A DNA stretch of 64,000 nucleotides. Source: Paramecium tetraurelia (taxonomy: Eukaryota). Positions 26,858-40,688 of this stretch are shown here, piece by piece. The DNA is taken from NCBI GenBank assembly GCA_000165425.1, contig CT868596.1, forward strand, positions 248,001 through 312,000, given 5' to 3'. Positions within the stretch are counted from its first letter, which is position 1. Each line of letters begins with the position of its first letter. The position numbers and the translations under genes are program-made. Under the pieces are notes generated by a model. That model was given only the letters and a program-made list of their open reading frames with translations. It made no database searches and was not told the origin of the DNA.

Positions 26858-27381
26858 ATGTGTATAGAAGAAATCTAAATAGACAAGGGATTGGAAAAGT
26901 TTTTAAATGTAGCTATGAAATAGTATAGAATAAATACAATATAAGCTATTCTTGCAGATATGGAACAGCTAGGGATGATTGGAGAGCAAAAGCCGAAGCT
27001 TAATGGAATGGCCTACCTTTGTATAAGGATAAAATGAAAGTCTTGGAATTTATGCAAAGCAAAATCAAATAATTGGAAGGGCCTTCGATAAAAATTACCA
27101 AGTTCTTTAAGCAAATTCCTCATTCAGATCTCTAAAAATAAGAAATTAAAATTGCTTAGATTGAACAATAATCTGATATCGAAGAGCAAGCAGGAATGTC
27201 GACAGTTTAAAAATCTAAGAAATCTAGATATAGTAGGTTTTTTGAGGAAAATTATTGGAAAATGAAATTAGAAAATGAAATTCTCAGTCACGAAGAAATA
27301 TAATTGTTGATAAAGAAATTATGGGAGGAAAATGAAGAAGATAGAACGCACAATATGAGTAAATAAAAATTAAGTTTTTGA
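26858..27381 (+). CDS. Hypothetical protein with C-terminal HMG-box/YABBY-like helical motif
   Basis: One 23-nt intron; SRYSRFFEENYWKMKLENEILSHEEIQLLIKKLWEE. Confidence 0.55.
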
Positions 27382-27858
27382 TGCTCTAGTTTTGATTGTT
27401 ATTTTTATATTAAATTTATTAGATGTTTATTTCTCACTATTAATATTTAATATATATCTAGAGTATAGAGTACTTAACTTATAAGTATGGACGTAGGATT
27501 CTGAAATATATTGAATTTCTATAAAAATGAACTAATTTTATAGTTAGGCAAAATATTAAGAAATCATAAAAATTTACTAATGGTTCTTTAAAATAAAGCA
27601 GAAAATAAATGAATTTGATAATCCTAACCAAGGTGGGGTGTTGTGAGGATGGTCTTTACCCCAAAATCCAATTTTCATTTAAACTACATATTGGAATTGC
27701 TTTATTGATAAGTTCTAGAGAACAAATTAGTAAAATTTGGAATACTTAGTGGAACTAGATACATAAGAGGGTATTGCTGATAGAAAGAACCAAATTACTA
27801 AATTAATGAAATTTACACTTATCACAAAGGAAAAAATACAAATTATGATAATTTTTAT

Positions 27859-29394
27859 ATGTTATAATCTAGTAACAATGCAACCACTATTTAACAATAT
27901 AAGGAAGTGGTTCAAAAGTTTTAACATTTCTTGGAGGAGAGAGCTAAGCAAAAGCAAAAATAAGACGATAAATTGAGTATTGCAATCAAAAGAATCAATC
28001 TGCATTCTCTCTTGCCTACATTATAATCAGATAATCACCAATAGAAAAATAGAATTAGTAAAAGGCTGTCCACTTTATAAAAAGAATAGTATTCTCAATT
28101 TAAACAGGAATCAATAGATTAAATAAACAACAATATTTAAAAATCAATAGTCACTCCTTATTCAAATTATGTTAGTTAATTTAAGCATGGGAAATCACAA
28201 TCCAATTTAGATGCATTCTAATAATTAGGATTCCTTCATGGACTCTACAAATGCGATAAACTTGAACATCAATCTAGATATATTTCAATAAAGGACTTAA
28301 ATCAGAAATAAAGAAAATAATCTGATGAGTGCTAAGAAAATCACATTCATTTGCCGACTCTATAATAACCACATAATGAAATTCCTAGGTAAGTCTCTAA
28401 GAAACATACGTCTAAAAAGGCTTCACATGAAGAAATCCTATATACCAATAGATGGGAAAGAGACAGGGGTAATAATGTAGTGAGGATTGACAGATTTGAA
28501 GTTGACAAGCTAACAAAGGATGTTGTTGATTATATCTTTAATTAAGATATAATCAAGATATTTTTTGAAAACAAAAATCCACAATAATTGTATAATATGT
28601 TGTAGGAATTACTTAAGGGGGTGTATTATGAAAGTTTAATCAATTTCGAAGAGATGATTTAATATTTTACTTCTCTTCAATTCTCTTATCTAGAATTCTT
28701 TTACATTAAGTATGCCATAGCTTAGGTATTGATTAACGCTAACTACAACTATCTCTTTGTCGAAAGAGCTCTCAATCAATTTGAAGAGTATAGGTATTTG
28801 ATTTAAAAACCTATTCCATTTATTACTCAACTTTTTGATAACACCTTCTACTCCACCATAGTCAAAGATCTGATGATGAGATTGCTGAGAAGTGCTGCCT
28901 ATAATAAGTTCTTATAAACCCAGAAATTTGAAAGTGAATAATTTATTATGGCCATTAAAAATGGGCTTTTCCCCTATTTGGTTGGAGATTATGTGGCATT
29001 GCCATTACATGCAAGGATAAAGGATGTTAAGGCGGAATAATTTAGATAATAAACACTTAAGCCATTTATTAATTCAACTTTTGTTATCTATGTCAAAAAC
29101 ATATTAAAAGAATACAACCTGGAAGATTTATATATAAATGATGTAGAAAGAAGACTAATATTTCCAAAGGCCAGATCCAATTAAATGGAAGATAGTAATT
29201 TCCCTATGCATTACATATATTCTTATATTCAATGTTAGAATATTCTCATACCTTCTTATGACATTAAAGCTTTGATTAAAGTTATTAAAATAGATCCAAT
29301 TGTTTCCGAATCGGATTCTACCATTTTTGAAGACAATTTAAGTTATCTTTCCAAATTTGAATAAATATAAGATGATATTTAACCATTCTTATGA
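27859..29394 (+). CDS. Hypothetical ~511-aa protein, possibly with a degenerate globin-like domain
   Basis: Uninterrupted code-6 ORF MLQSSNNATTIQQYKEVV...DDIQPFL*; the start could lie upstream. Confidence 0.7.
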
Positions 29395-29496
29395 AATCCT
29401 AATTGATCTCTTTATTCAATTGTATTGCCAAATATTCATTGAATTTATAATTGAGTATAATAAAACAAATGAATAAATTGAATTATTTTTATAATT

Positions 29497-29773
29497 ATGA
29501 AGAAATTTTTAATAATTGGAGCACTCCTCCTTTTGCTATAAATAACTTAGGTGAATGCAAGTATTAATCAAGTTTAAACTAGATTGCATGTAATTGGCTC
29601 AAGATTTCAAATGCACATACATGCATTTATAATGTTCAGATAATCTCAATGGTGAATGCTCTTGCGAAGATGGTTCTACTTGTAGATGGAAAGATGGCAT
29701 TGGTGATGATAATTGTCCTTGTGGAGGAGCCAAGCCTAGAAGGAGAAGAAGAAGAGTACACGATGGTCTGTGA
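29497..29773 (+). CDS. Small secreted/ER cysteine-rich peptide (84 aa), intron 29561-29582
   Basis: MKKFLIIGALLLLLQITQVNA-NCMQLAQDFKCTYMHLQCSDNLNGECSCEDGSTCRWKDGIGDDNCPCGGAKPRRRRRRVHDGL*. Confidence 0.8.
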
Positions 29774-30790
29774 ATACATCCTGCATAATAATAATCAATC
29801 AGATTAGTGTTAATTTGTCATCTAATCTCTTAATTTCATTGATTTCATCTGAACAATAATAATTGGATCTAGATCTACCTTGTGATTGCATTTCCTCTCC
29901 TTCTCATTTATTACAATATTGATCATTCAAAAGATATCAATAATTTATTTCAACTTAGGTTGTAGCTGACAGTGTATCACTGAGTTTGCATATTCGAAAT
30001 GATTAGTATTTAATATACGCAGCTACAATTCTTTTATAAAGAAGTTTTGATATTTTAAGAAACTTAGCAATCTATGGAGATTCTTTTCCTTTTTGTTTTA
30101 TTATACAATTTCTTATCTAATATAAAATAGTGCTTGTAAAACATTATCAGATCAGATTGATATAGACTTAAAGAAAATATAACATTTACTCAAATTATGA
30201 AAAAACCTTTAATCTCTTGTGATAATAAATAAATATTTTTCATTAAATTTATGTGTCTAAGAATCTAACAATAAATGATTAATTAAAATAATGGTTATTA
30301 AGATATTTAAAAATTGAAGTGTTTTATTTAATTCATTCTTTTTACTACTGGAACAGAAGATTAACACGTTTGAATTAATATTGGCTTGATACTTTAATTT
30401 AAAACAAATATAACAAATATAACAAAGTTATGAACCATTTTTTTTATTCATAATTTGATTTATATTTCTAAATTTATTATCTGCTTTAAAAAATATATAG
30501 AACGATAATATGAAATTCAAATTACAATAACTTCAAGAAGTCTAAAAGAATTAAAACACCCTGAAACTTCTTTATTACAAACACTCAAAATTCTTTAGCT
30601 ATGGAATATCCAAATTCTTAAAAATAGAACTAGTTTTTGTTCAAGTTCACTTTTGAACTAAATTCAGAAATCATAAAATATAATTCAGTAACTATGCTGT
30701 GATGCAAAAGAGCAAAGAAACCACCTTATTCTGGGTGTTCTTACATATAAAATTAGAATTCAGTTTTCAATATTATTGATATTTAATAAA

Positions 30791-31279
30791 ATGCAAATTC
30801 CAACCAACAATGGTAATCCCTACCCTCAATATTCTTATCCCTAACAAGGTTATGTGCAATATCCATAAGTTTACCCTCAATAATAATATTAATAATACCC
30901 TGGATATCAGATTCCATAGTAATAATATGCATAATAACCAAAACCAAAGGCTGTTGTTCCTGCAAAGAAACCAGCTCCGTTTTCTTTTGAACCAGGAAGC
31001 AATAAGGAGTTAGATGATGCCTTGAATAGTATAGATACAATGTATAATGATATGTTTGACACAGTGGATAATTAGAAACAGAGACAAGAATCAGGTATAT
31101 TTAAATGATTACGTATAGGACAGGAGAAGGAAGAGGAGTATTGTATAGGCATTCCGATTGATTAGAAAAATAATGGTCCACAGATTTAGTTAAATTAAGT
31201 GCCAAACAGCTTTGGAAACATACAATAGGATCCAGAGAAATGGAATTATTATAATGGAAATCGTAATTCCTTCTATTGA
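30791..31279 (+). CDS. Hypothetical protein with Q/Y/P-rich N-terminus
   Basis: MQIPTNNGNPYPQYSYPQQGYVQYPQVYPQQQYQQYPGYQIPQQQYAQQPKPK...; one intron. Confidence 0.7.
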
Positions 31280-31391
31280 AATATGGATATTCATTATATA
31301 GAACATTACTAATACATTAATATATTATAATTCTCATGCTAGTGCATAAGCGAGATGCAATTTTATGGTTAATAATAAAAATTAATAATCG

Positions 31392-32148
31392 ATGGCTAAT
31401 GGCGTAACTACATAGTGGGAAGACATCCATGTGAAGCATGGGAATTACGTGGAAAGAGAGAAGGTGACAACACTTGCTGAAACCTACCAATAAGCAATTT
31501 AGAAGTTGGATGAAAAGCAAGACAGCGATGAGGATTTCTTTGATGATGATGAATTCACCAAACAATATAAAGCTTAAAGGTATGGGTCATCAACAAAAAT
31601 AGACTCTAACAACTGATGGAGTAGGCTTAGAAGAAGCTTTATGGCGAGGTATATGAGATATCAAGAGACGAATATGTTAAATAAGTGACTGAAGCATCAA
31701 AGGATCGATTCGTTGTCCTGTCCCTTTATTAAGATTACATCGTGGAATCTTTGAAACTCATAGAAGTCTTGTAGGAGTTAGCCAAACAATATAAGGAGAT
31801 TAAATTTGTTAAGATGGTAGCAACCAAATGCATCGAAAACTTTCCAGATGACCAATGTCCCTGTTTCATTATTTATAAAGACACTAAGGCAGTCTCAAAT
31901 ATTCCCTTCATTCACAAGCTCAGAAAGATTACATTTGCCTCCATTGAGGATTTGCTGATCAGTCAAGGTTGTACATTTAAATATTCTATGTAGGTGTTAT
32001 TCCCAAACCAGTTGAAGAGGATGAGTAGTACGAGGAGATCAAGGATAAAATCAAGCATCCATACAAGACCAACAATGTAAAGGATGTGGATGATGAAATA
32101 GATGACAGAGAATACTCTCATTAAGTTCAATTCTAGAAACCTAAATGA
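31392..32148 (+). CDS. Phosducin-like protein (PhLP2/PDCL3 type)
   Basis: TTQWEDIHVKHGN; YGEVYEISRDEYVKQVTEAS..FVVLSLY; KFVKMVATKCIENFPD. Confidence 0.88.
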
Positions 32149-32573
32149 ATTGCTATCAATTTTATGGAATTTAATAATTATATTTTAATTATAAATTTAT
32201 ATATGTTGAGATTTAAATATCAATTAATATAAATAATTTACACTCTAAAGTTTGGACACGACTTCAAATTTAAATACAGACTTTAATAATTAATGTATTT
32301 AACGTCTTTTATAATGATCGTTATCATATTGACTTTAAATACATTTAAGAGCCATTACAGTCCTTGTGAGTTTATAATTAATAAAAAATGTAAAATTCCA
32401 AATAGAAGGAAATGTTTTGTAGCTAATTCGATTTATACAAAGACAAGAAATTTTAGTTCATTCCTTCATTAAAAGTATTCTATTATCATTCACAATAGTA
32501 AGTTAAAGTTGAAGAGAGTAATCATCCATAATTACTGTTTAATGAATCAAGTGCTGAGGACATTTTTGAACAG

Positions 32574-33203
32574 ATGGGAAATCAAGCTTCCAATCAAGTA
32601 TAAATAAAAGAGGCAAATAGAGAAAATAAAATCAAAAAAAATGATGATTGGAATGCCTATTATAATTTGAGATTGAAAGAAATCAAACTAGAAAGACCTG
32701 AACTTACTCACAATCAAATGACACAACTAATATCAGAAGAATGGAAGATTATCAAAAAATAATTTAAAAAATATCCTTAATCTTTAAATCCAGATGAAGA
32801 GCCAATATGTAAAAAGAGAATAAAATCAATTAAAGATACCTAAAAGTTCTCTTAAGAGATCATGTTTCAAAAATAAGAATCTGAAGTCGAACTAGATTTT
32901 AATCCCTTTCAATGTGCTAAATTTATTGAAAATTTGAGATCAAAAAAATTCAAATTAGTTATTAATGATATAACTCATGAACTTCCAGGAATTGCTATTA
33001 TAGAAGCAGTCGACAGTGACTCTGTCCTCATATACTTAAATCAAAACACCAATAACAATAACACATACACAAATACTACATAGGGTACACCAAACGAAAA
33101 GGTTAATGCCATCCTAGAAGATATAGGAAGTGATAGTGAATTGAGCATTTGCAAAGGAAATGAGGATTTTATTTTATAAAACAATATTAGATCATTTCTA
33201 TGA
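32574..33203 (+). CDS. HMG-box/YABBY-like motif protein
   Basis: DDWNAYYNLRLKEIKLERPELTHNQMTQLISEEWK; intact 209-aa ORF. Confidence 0.65.
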
Positions 33204-33415
33204 TCACAATAACGATTCTATCAAATTATAATAAAAAAAAGTATTATCATCTTCTACTATTCAAACAGTAGCTGCAAATACAACTAAATTAATGTGCTTA
33301 TTAAATAGTAATCATTTAATTGCTTTGGTTTTCAATTTATAATTGTTGCAAAAACATATCAAATTATTGTGAATATAATACAATTTTTTAAACTAAATTG
33401 ATTTATATATATAAA

Positions 33416-36400
33416 ATGGATTTGTAATTGGAAGAACAACAATTCTTCGCTAATCACTCACTATCAAGTATATTCCTTTTATTTAGATAGTCTCAAGTAG
33501 ATATACAGAAAGAAATAATCCTTTACATCTTTATCATCCTACTCATTAAATTGGAATTAAGCAAATACCTGACATTGAAAATTAGGAAATCGCATTTGAA
33601 GAAGCCAGTATCTAGGAGTAGGTCTCACAACACAACCTGTCTAATCCAATAACATCATCTGAGAAGAAAAGCCAGATTCAGCACCAACCCAATGAAGTTA
33701 AGGAACCTCAAATTAGACTACTGTAAGAAAGGAAGAATTAATACATTCCTGAAATCGAGGATCAAAAAAACATTTTGCATTTAATTAGAAGGAAAAAAAT
33801 ATTGTAAAAATTTATAACAAAAACTCGATCCAAGGCATACATTTTCTCATAATTATTAGCAGATTAATTTAAGAAATTATAATTCGAATAATACATTCTT
33901 CAGAATAAACAAAATACTTAAAGTGTAAATAATAATGAAAAGTTGAAAACAAGTAAGCTAAATTTCATCCCTTTGTTTTATTCGCAATAGCCGTTTCTAA
34001 TATTCTGGGAATTCTTAATATTTATTCAGACTTTATATGTAACTTGGTGGGGACCATTTACTGTAGTGTTCGAGAACAATGTTCACATCAATACAATATA
34101 TTAAAATATAGTAATATATTTTGGAATATTTGATATCTTAATGACGATGAATAAAAGCATAGTATATTAAGGGTAGATTTTAGATGATAGGGGGATTATA
34201 ATAAAATAGTATTTGTAAAATTAATTTGCATCCGATCTTATTTCATTATTTACAATTTGCTCTATTGACAATAGAAATTACGCCTAAGAGCAAGAATTAA
34301 TCTTCATAACTTTGGCAATCATCTTGATCTACATAAATTAGAAAAGAATAATGAATATCTTGGACAAGATACAAGAGTCCTTTGATGTGCAGTAGGATGC
34401 ATTGGATTTGATCAAGGTGTTATTGATTATTGGATACTTTGCACATATCAGTGCATGCATCTGGGCAAGGATATCGATGATTAGTGAGAAATCTGGTTAT
34501 ATGTCTTGGATGAAGTATTACGAGGTTGACAACCAATCTTCATGGATTCAATACAATTTTTCATTCTATTGGGCTACAATGACAATGGTAACTGTTGGGT
34601 ATGGGGATATCACTCCACAAAATCAATACGAGATGTTGTGTGCTATTCTAATAATGTTCATCGCAAGTATCATATTTGGATATTCTTTAAATTCTATTGG
34701 GATAATCTTGAAAAATATCAATGATAGACAATAGAAATTTAGGTATTGATATATTTTAGATAGTCAGAAAATCGTAATTGCTAATAAATTCTTATATGAA
34801 CAAAAACTAAGTGAGTCTTCAATTGCAGTGCAAAGTGAGGAACTATTTGAAATATTACATTGAATAGGATAGCGTTCAGAATGACGAAGAAGTAGTGTAA
34901 TGTTTAAATATGAGTAGTTGAATTGTTTGCTTTCTAAATTGTCTCCAGGGTTGAGGGAGGAATTGCTATATGATATTTAAAAGAAACCGTTGAAGTCGAT
35001 GGACTTTTTCCTGAAGGATTTGTCTCCGCAGGTCTAGAAACAAATAGCGTATTAGTTGCAAGCGTAACATTTTGCTCCTTTGGATGTAATCTACAATTAA
35101 AACAGCTTCGATAATAATGCATTGTATTTAATTGTTGAAGGGAGAGTGCAGTTGATTGATGAAAGAAATAATGAGGTTGTGCATTAGTATGAGAAAGGAC
35201 AATGCTTTGGTAAATATGAGTTTTTTACTGGTTCGAATAGAGAATTGTAGGCAAGAAGTGAGACGTTCTCGCATGTGTATAGTTTGAAAAGAGATGATAT
35301 GATAAGGATTTTGGAGGATTCTACGGACGACAGGTAAAAGTTTGCAAACATCAAAGATTAAATAATAATACTAAATAACTTTTAGATTATCAATTTGAAT
35401 TGCTATTTTTGTAATGAGTTTACTCACTCCTACATCTAATGTCCTTATTTACAGTACAAGCCAGATTTGGAGAGACTGATAAAGAAGGAAGGTTTTTGTA
35501 AATAGAGTCGATCCCGATTTCTGAGATACAAATTAAGATCAGGATCCGCCTTGAACCTATTGATAGTATTCTATTATAGTGATTTAATTAGATAAAGAAG
35601 GAATAGCATGAGAAGTTTCTTAAAGACATAGGGGTTGAATTCGATTCCCAATCCTCTTCATCTAGTGACTAGAAGGAATAATCTCAATAATTATCAAATT
35701 AGCAGAGCAATTCTATAGAGAAGAATTAAGCTAAGGAAGAGTTCCCATCTGGCAAGAAAGATTACTTACAGACCTTAAATCTAGAGAACAAGTCTTTAAA
35801 TGTGATGGCTGAGAGATTTATGAGGCAAAGAAGGAATCAGAGACAGAACTCTCATCATACCCATCAAATGTAGACACAAGCCATTAAGACTATGCAAATG
35901 GATTAGGAGATTGAAAACACAAACTTTTCAAAAAGAAAGCGATCTTAATCTATAAAGGATGTCACAACAAAGAACAATAGAAGAAGGAACAGTCAGGATT
36001 CATAGAGTGGAGGAGGAACAACTAGTCAAAATAAGATTACTCTTTCGATAAACAATACAACGACTAAGTTAGTGAATAGCAACAATTTGAATAGTATCAA
36101 GTCGATGATTGAATAGCAGTTAGATTTTGTGAAGATGACAGAGGAGTTAGATCAATATAGATTGCAGTTTTTGAATTGTGATATGGAGAGGAGTTAGCAA
36201 TTCAAATACTATTTGCCTTAAAACAATTTGAGTCAGATTTTATTGTAGTATCAACTCCAGTAGAAAAATAACAAGTTCAAGGGGAGATCTGAATCCAATA
36301 GATATTCGATATTCTTCAATGTGAAAAAGTAGACTCAAGCCAGTAGATCTCAAAAGCAGGCTAGAGGAAGCCGAGCTTATTCTCCTGGTTCGAAGAAATT

Positions 36401-36482
36401 GATTGGGAAAACATAAAAAAAATCATTTATAATTAATCCTTAGTAGCTTATTGTTAGAGTAGCATAGAATGAAACTTAATGA
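33416..36482 (+). CDS. Cyclic-nucleotide-binding-domain K+ channel (EAG/KCNH-like)
   Basis: SFYWATMTMVTVGYGDITP pore; C-linker; CNBD (EKGQCFGKYEFFTG); several tiny introns. Confidence 0.92.
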
Positions 36483-36599
36483 ATTAGTTGTTTCTTCATA
36501 TTTATTATATTCTATCTTCTTATTGTGGTATTTATTTTGATTTTTAAAATTGAGTTATTTACCCGTTTTTTGTGGAAATATATTATTAATTTTATTGAG

Positions 36600-37830
36600 A
36601 TGAATAAGTTCATAACCGTAGCTTTGATTGCTTTAGTTAGTGTTCAAGCCTTCGATATTGATTTCGCAATGTTGTTGTAGGTAAAAATAATCGCCATCAA
36701 TTTCAAAGACAGGATCACAATCCAATGATGCTGTACAAGCAGTCTATGATTTATTGAATGATTTAAAGACAAGCAACATTGAAGCATAAGGACTTGCAGA
36801 TGAGAAGAACATTTCAGACGAGGAAATTGGATAATCCAGAATTGCTGCCTTATCAAAAGTCAATGAATTGAACTAAAAGGCTTGGGCAAGTGCAAAGGCA
36901 AGAAGAGAATAAATTGGAGTTGAATATAGAGTAATTCACTTAATATCATTATTCAGGAAGCAACAGACTACATTGCTTGGGCTACTTAAAGATTAGCTGA
37001 TATTGACAGAAGAGAAGTCGAATTAGAAGAATTGAGATGTTTCTCTAATGGACTCTTCGTAAGAGCCATCAAATAACACAATGATGCTTTGGGAGTCATC
37101 AGAATATTAAAGAATGATTTGAGGTATACTATATATGGAAATGCTTAGCGGATACTTAACAGGAGCTCCATCTTCAATGGTTGAATTGAAAGTCGAGAAT
37201 GTTGCTGACAAATTGAAACAATACAGTCAATTGTTTAATCAAGATGCCATGAGCAAATTCGCCTAATTGGCTGCAGAATAAGCCTCAGGAAATGCTGAAT
37301 TACATGCTTTGGGAGAAAGTGAAAGCACAACTGGAGGAGACAGACAACCAGGAGTCAATGTTGGTCAATTAGTCTATAATGCCTTGAGTGATTTGGAAGA
37401 TCAATTGAAAACAGCCTTGGCTGCTTTAGAATAAAATGAAATTGCCGGATACTATCAATTAGCTGATTGGTTGGCTGACTCTGAAGCTGAGAAGGTTCAT
37501 TTGTAAGATGAAATCTAAAGAAAGACTCAACTCCAAGACAAATTAGTCGTGGTAATTATGTAGTGTCTAATCTCTTTTAGTAAGAACAAGCTGCTCTCGC
37601 TGTTTAGGCCAAAGCCAATTCAGTCTTAAAGGATTCATAAAATGCCATCAATGCTGCCACAGCCAGTTTACAAGAGTTGAGAGAACTCTATGACACAGAA
37701 TTGAATAGAAGAAATGGTATTCATCTTAACTATCACTTTAGAGGAGAACGCCATCATTGATGAAGTGATCCACATCTTCAAATAACAAGTTTTGGAAATG
37801 GCTAACTAAACCTCATTTGGCAAGAAATGA
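36600..37830 (+). CDS. Trichocyst matrix protein precursor (TMP family), several tiny introns
   Basis: Signal peptide MNKFITVALIALVSVQA; DAVQAVYDLLNDLK; ELRCFSNGLFVRAIKQHNDALGVIRIL; LYDTELNRRN/EENAIIDEV; acidic coiled-coil architecture. Confidence 0.8.
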
Positions 37831-37887
37831 AATATTAAGATTATCAATTTAAACTGAATATTTTATATTAAATAGACATCACCCTCT

Positions 37888-39708
37888 TCAACTAACCCAC
37901 TTATTAAATTATCCATTACTCCAAATCCCCTCTCTCTCCTTCCCCTATGGATTGTATTGAATTCCTTTCCCATGCTGCATCCCGCACTACCACTATCCCT
38001 TATACATCCACTAATCTGGCCTAATTCACTATCAAACTACTATTTACCACATAAACACTCCATCCCCATGTTCCAAATCATTTTCATATTGTCCTTCATA
38101 CTTTCTAGAGTCCACCCATAAATAGATACCTTATCCATTCCTCTTTATCTGCCCATCCACTGTAATGACTTGTCCAAAATACTTGTCCCCATTTTTATAC
38201 TCAATAGTTGTCTATCCTTGTAACTAATCATTCTGAAATTCCCCTTGATACACATTCCCTGTTAATAAATCAATCAGTCTCCCTTCTCCACATTTCACAT
38301 TATTCTTAAAATCTCCCTTATACTCATACTTCCCATTTAATAATTCCTATCCTTTCCCCTGCTTTAAATCATCCTCCCAATCTCCTTCATACGAATAACC
38401 TCCTGAACAAAACAACCCTCTTCCATTCGCCTTACCATTCTAAGAGGTCCCCTCATAATAGTCTCCTGATCCCATAATTATTCTCCCAAAACCAAAAGGC
38501 AATCCACCTCTCCAGTATCCCTCGTAATAGTCTTGTCCTATGATTGCTCTCCCCCAACCAAATCTCTAATTGTTCTATATCTGACCTTCATAAATAATCC
38601 CATCAGGAAATTAGCAAGGTGGCACAATTTCGATATTACTCAATAATGAATCTGCCTGAGGAGGTGACAAATGACCTATTTTATTCAGTATTTATTAGAT
38701 CGTTGGACTCAAAGGAGGGAACACCTCAAGAGTCTTTACACTCATAATTTAGGATTAACTATCTAACCTAAAGAATCTTTGACTTTGGTGTCCAGTGCTT
38801 ATTAACTAAGATGAACCCAACGATCTTTAAACTACTTATGATTATTTTAATGATTGAGATCCATCTAATGATCCGAATTAATACAAACTACGCTTCATAT
38901 CTTCGACTGACTGAAATTCTTATGTGAGATCTGTTAATTTCTAGAATAGACAATTCAAACTTTGTATGAAGTCATTTTTGAGTAGATTGAATTATTACTA
39001 TTGATTCTAGGTGTTCTTGTATCGAATTCTATTACTCGTTGGTTATAATGTATTAACTACGCTATTTAAGCAATTGAGAATGTCACATCGCAGTTAGTTC
39101 AGGTTGCCATTTCTTCATATTACAGTATTTTATACTTGTTGATAATCTAAATCAAAGATTATTCAGATATAGGTAATTCTTTATCTTGGTCTTTAGAAAA
39201 TATAGTATTGAATAAATAATTGTTATTGTCAATCCTTTTTTATTCATTAGACTGAATTTCTTGTAGTTGCTATTTGAAATTTAGATTTTTTGCTTGCTAC
39301 TCACATAAATCACTTCTAATTATCTCCTAGATCTATTTCTTTGCTTTCTCTGAACTCTCATAAAATATCTTAAATAATTGTGAGATATCAGAAACAATCT
39401 CCTAAGCCTCTTTGTCGATCAGAGCATTATACTCTTTCAATCTTTTGTCTAATTCTTAAAGTGTACTATTAATATTTGGAATCAGAACTGTTTTTGTTTT
39501 CCCATTCTACTGAAAGATGAATTCATTAAGCTAGTTCAAATAATTTTTGTGTTCATTTTTATGCTAAACATTCCCATTTATGCCTTATATTTGGATAATT
39601 GCATTTACATTACTAGCAAAGAAGATTACCGTAATTGCAATTCACTTTAGTGCACACAAAAGATACTTAATTACCCGGATGCTTGCGGCATTAAAGTCCA
39701 TATTACAT
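37888..39708 (-). CDS. B-box-like zinc finger + coiled coil + MORN-repeat protein
   Basis: MQYGLQCRKHPGNQVSFVCTKVNCNYGNLLCQQ/CINGNVQHKNEH; C-terminal MORN units (YEGDWEDDLKQGKG, YKGQWQCGMQHGKG). Confidence 0.85.
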
Positions 39709-40565
39709 TTTATAAAATATTATTTTATAATTTCTCATTATTCATAAATTCTATAATTTCTTTTGACAATCCTTATTATATCCTAATCTATACATTAGAT
39801 GAATATCTCTAAAGTATCTTTATCATTGAATGAAGGATTCGTTTTATCAATAACATAAGGTCATTCTGATTTAACCCTCTTGTACTTTCATATCTCCTTT
39901 AAGAATCACTTCAAATTTATATCCATTATTGTAATCATTTATAATTTATTCATTGTTATGAAATAATTAATAATTTCCTCATGTTTCATCTACTCTCATA
40001 GAAGTATTTAATTAGGTAGCAGTAATTAAAACATAATAAAAACTAGGTTTAAATTCTTTGTAAAATAAATTTACATAAATATATTCTAATTTGATTTAAT
40101 TAATCCAAATTACCTTTTTGAATATAAACATTAATAGAAGGATTTTATTTCTTTGCACTCAATAAAGTTAACAACAGCTGAATAATGAAATCAAAAATAT
40201 AGATGTGTTATACTATAGATGTATTATACTAAAAAAATGTAAAAACTTAATTTCTAATTGATAATTTAGATGGCGTAATTTAATTCTTGAAAAGTCTGTA
40301 CAATTCAACTGTTTTAATTCTATGTTTATAATTTACCTATACTTAAAATTCTACATTCTAATTAATTTTCAAAATCGATTTATGAATAAAGTACATTTAT
40401 GAAGGGAAGAATTAATTGTTTTAGAAATTCAAAACAAAAATTTCATGATATCACCTTTGAGATGCTACTGAATTAACGTATAAACGATTAAAAGGAAAAT
40501 AAATAAAGTTTCTTTTAACTATTATTGATAGCAGGTTAGTAAATTAGATCATTCCATTTTTACTA

Positions 40566-40631
40566 TAGAATTTAAGTAGAATTTATATAGAATTAAAGTA
40601 GAATTTATATTGAATTAATATAGAATATTAT
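40566..40631. repeat. Intergenic 11-bp minisatellite (TAGAATTWAWR) x6
   Basis: tagaatttaag tagaatttata tagaattaaag tagaatttata ttgaattaata tagaatattat. Confidence 0.7.
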
Positions 40632-40688
40632 ATTATATAAAGAATACGAGATTTTGAACTTTATGTTTATTGTATTAATACTTTTGAT

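Noticed and set aside
27527..27810. Plus-strand frame with an internal TGA (..NQGGVL*GWSLPQ..) and a GC-rich GGGGTG/TACCCC hairpin, considered as a third selenoprotein or an ncRNA
   Set aside because: No redox motif or recognisable family, no downstream SECIS seen, and no convincing snoRNA boxes
35520..35810. Apparent frameshift and premature TGA in the first K+ channel tail
   Set aside because: Resolved by a 26-nt GTA..TAG intron starting near 35566
40566..40631. 11-bp repeat considered as CRISPR-like or telomeric
   Set aside because: No spacers, eukaryotic context and no G4T2/G3T3 units; a simple AT minisatellite
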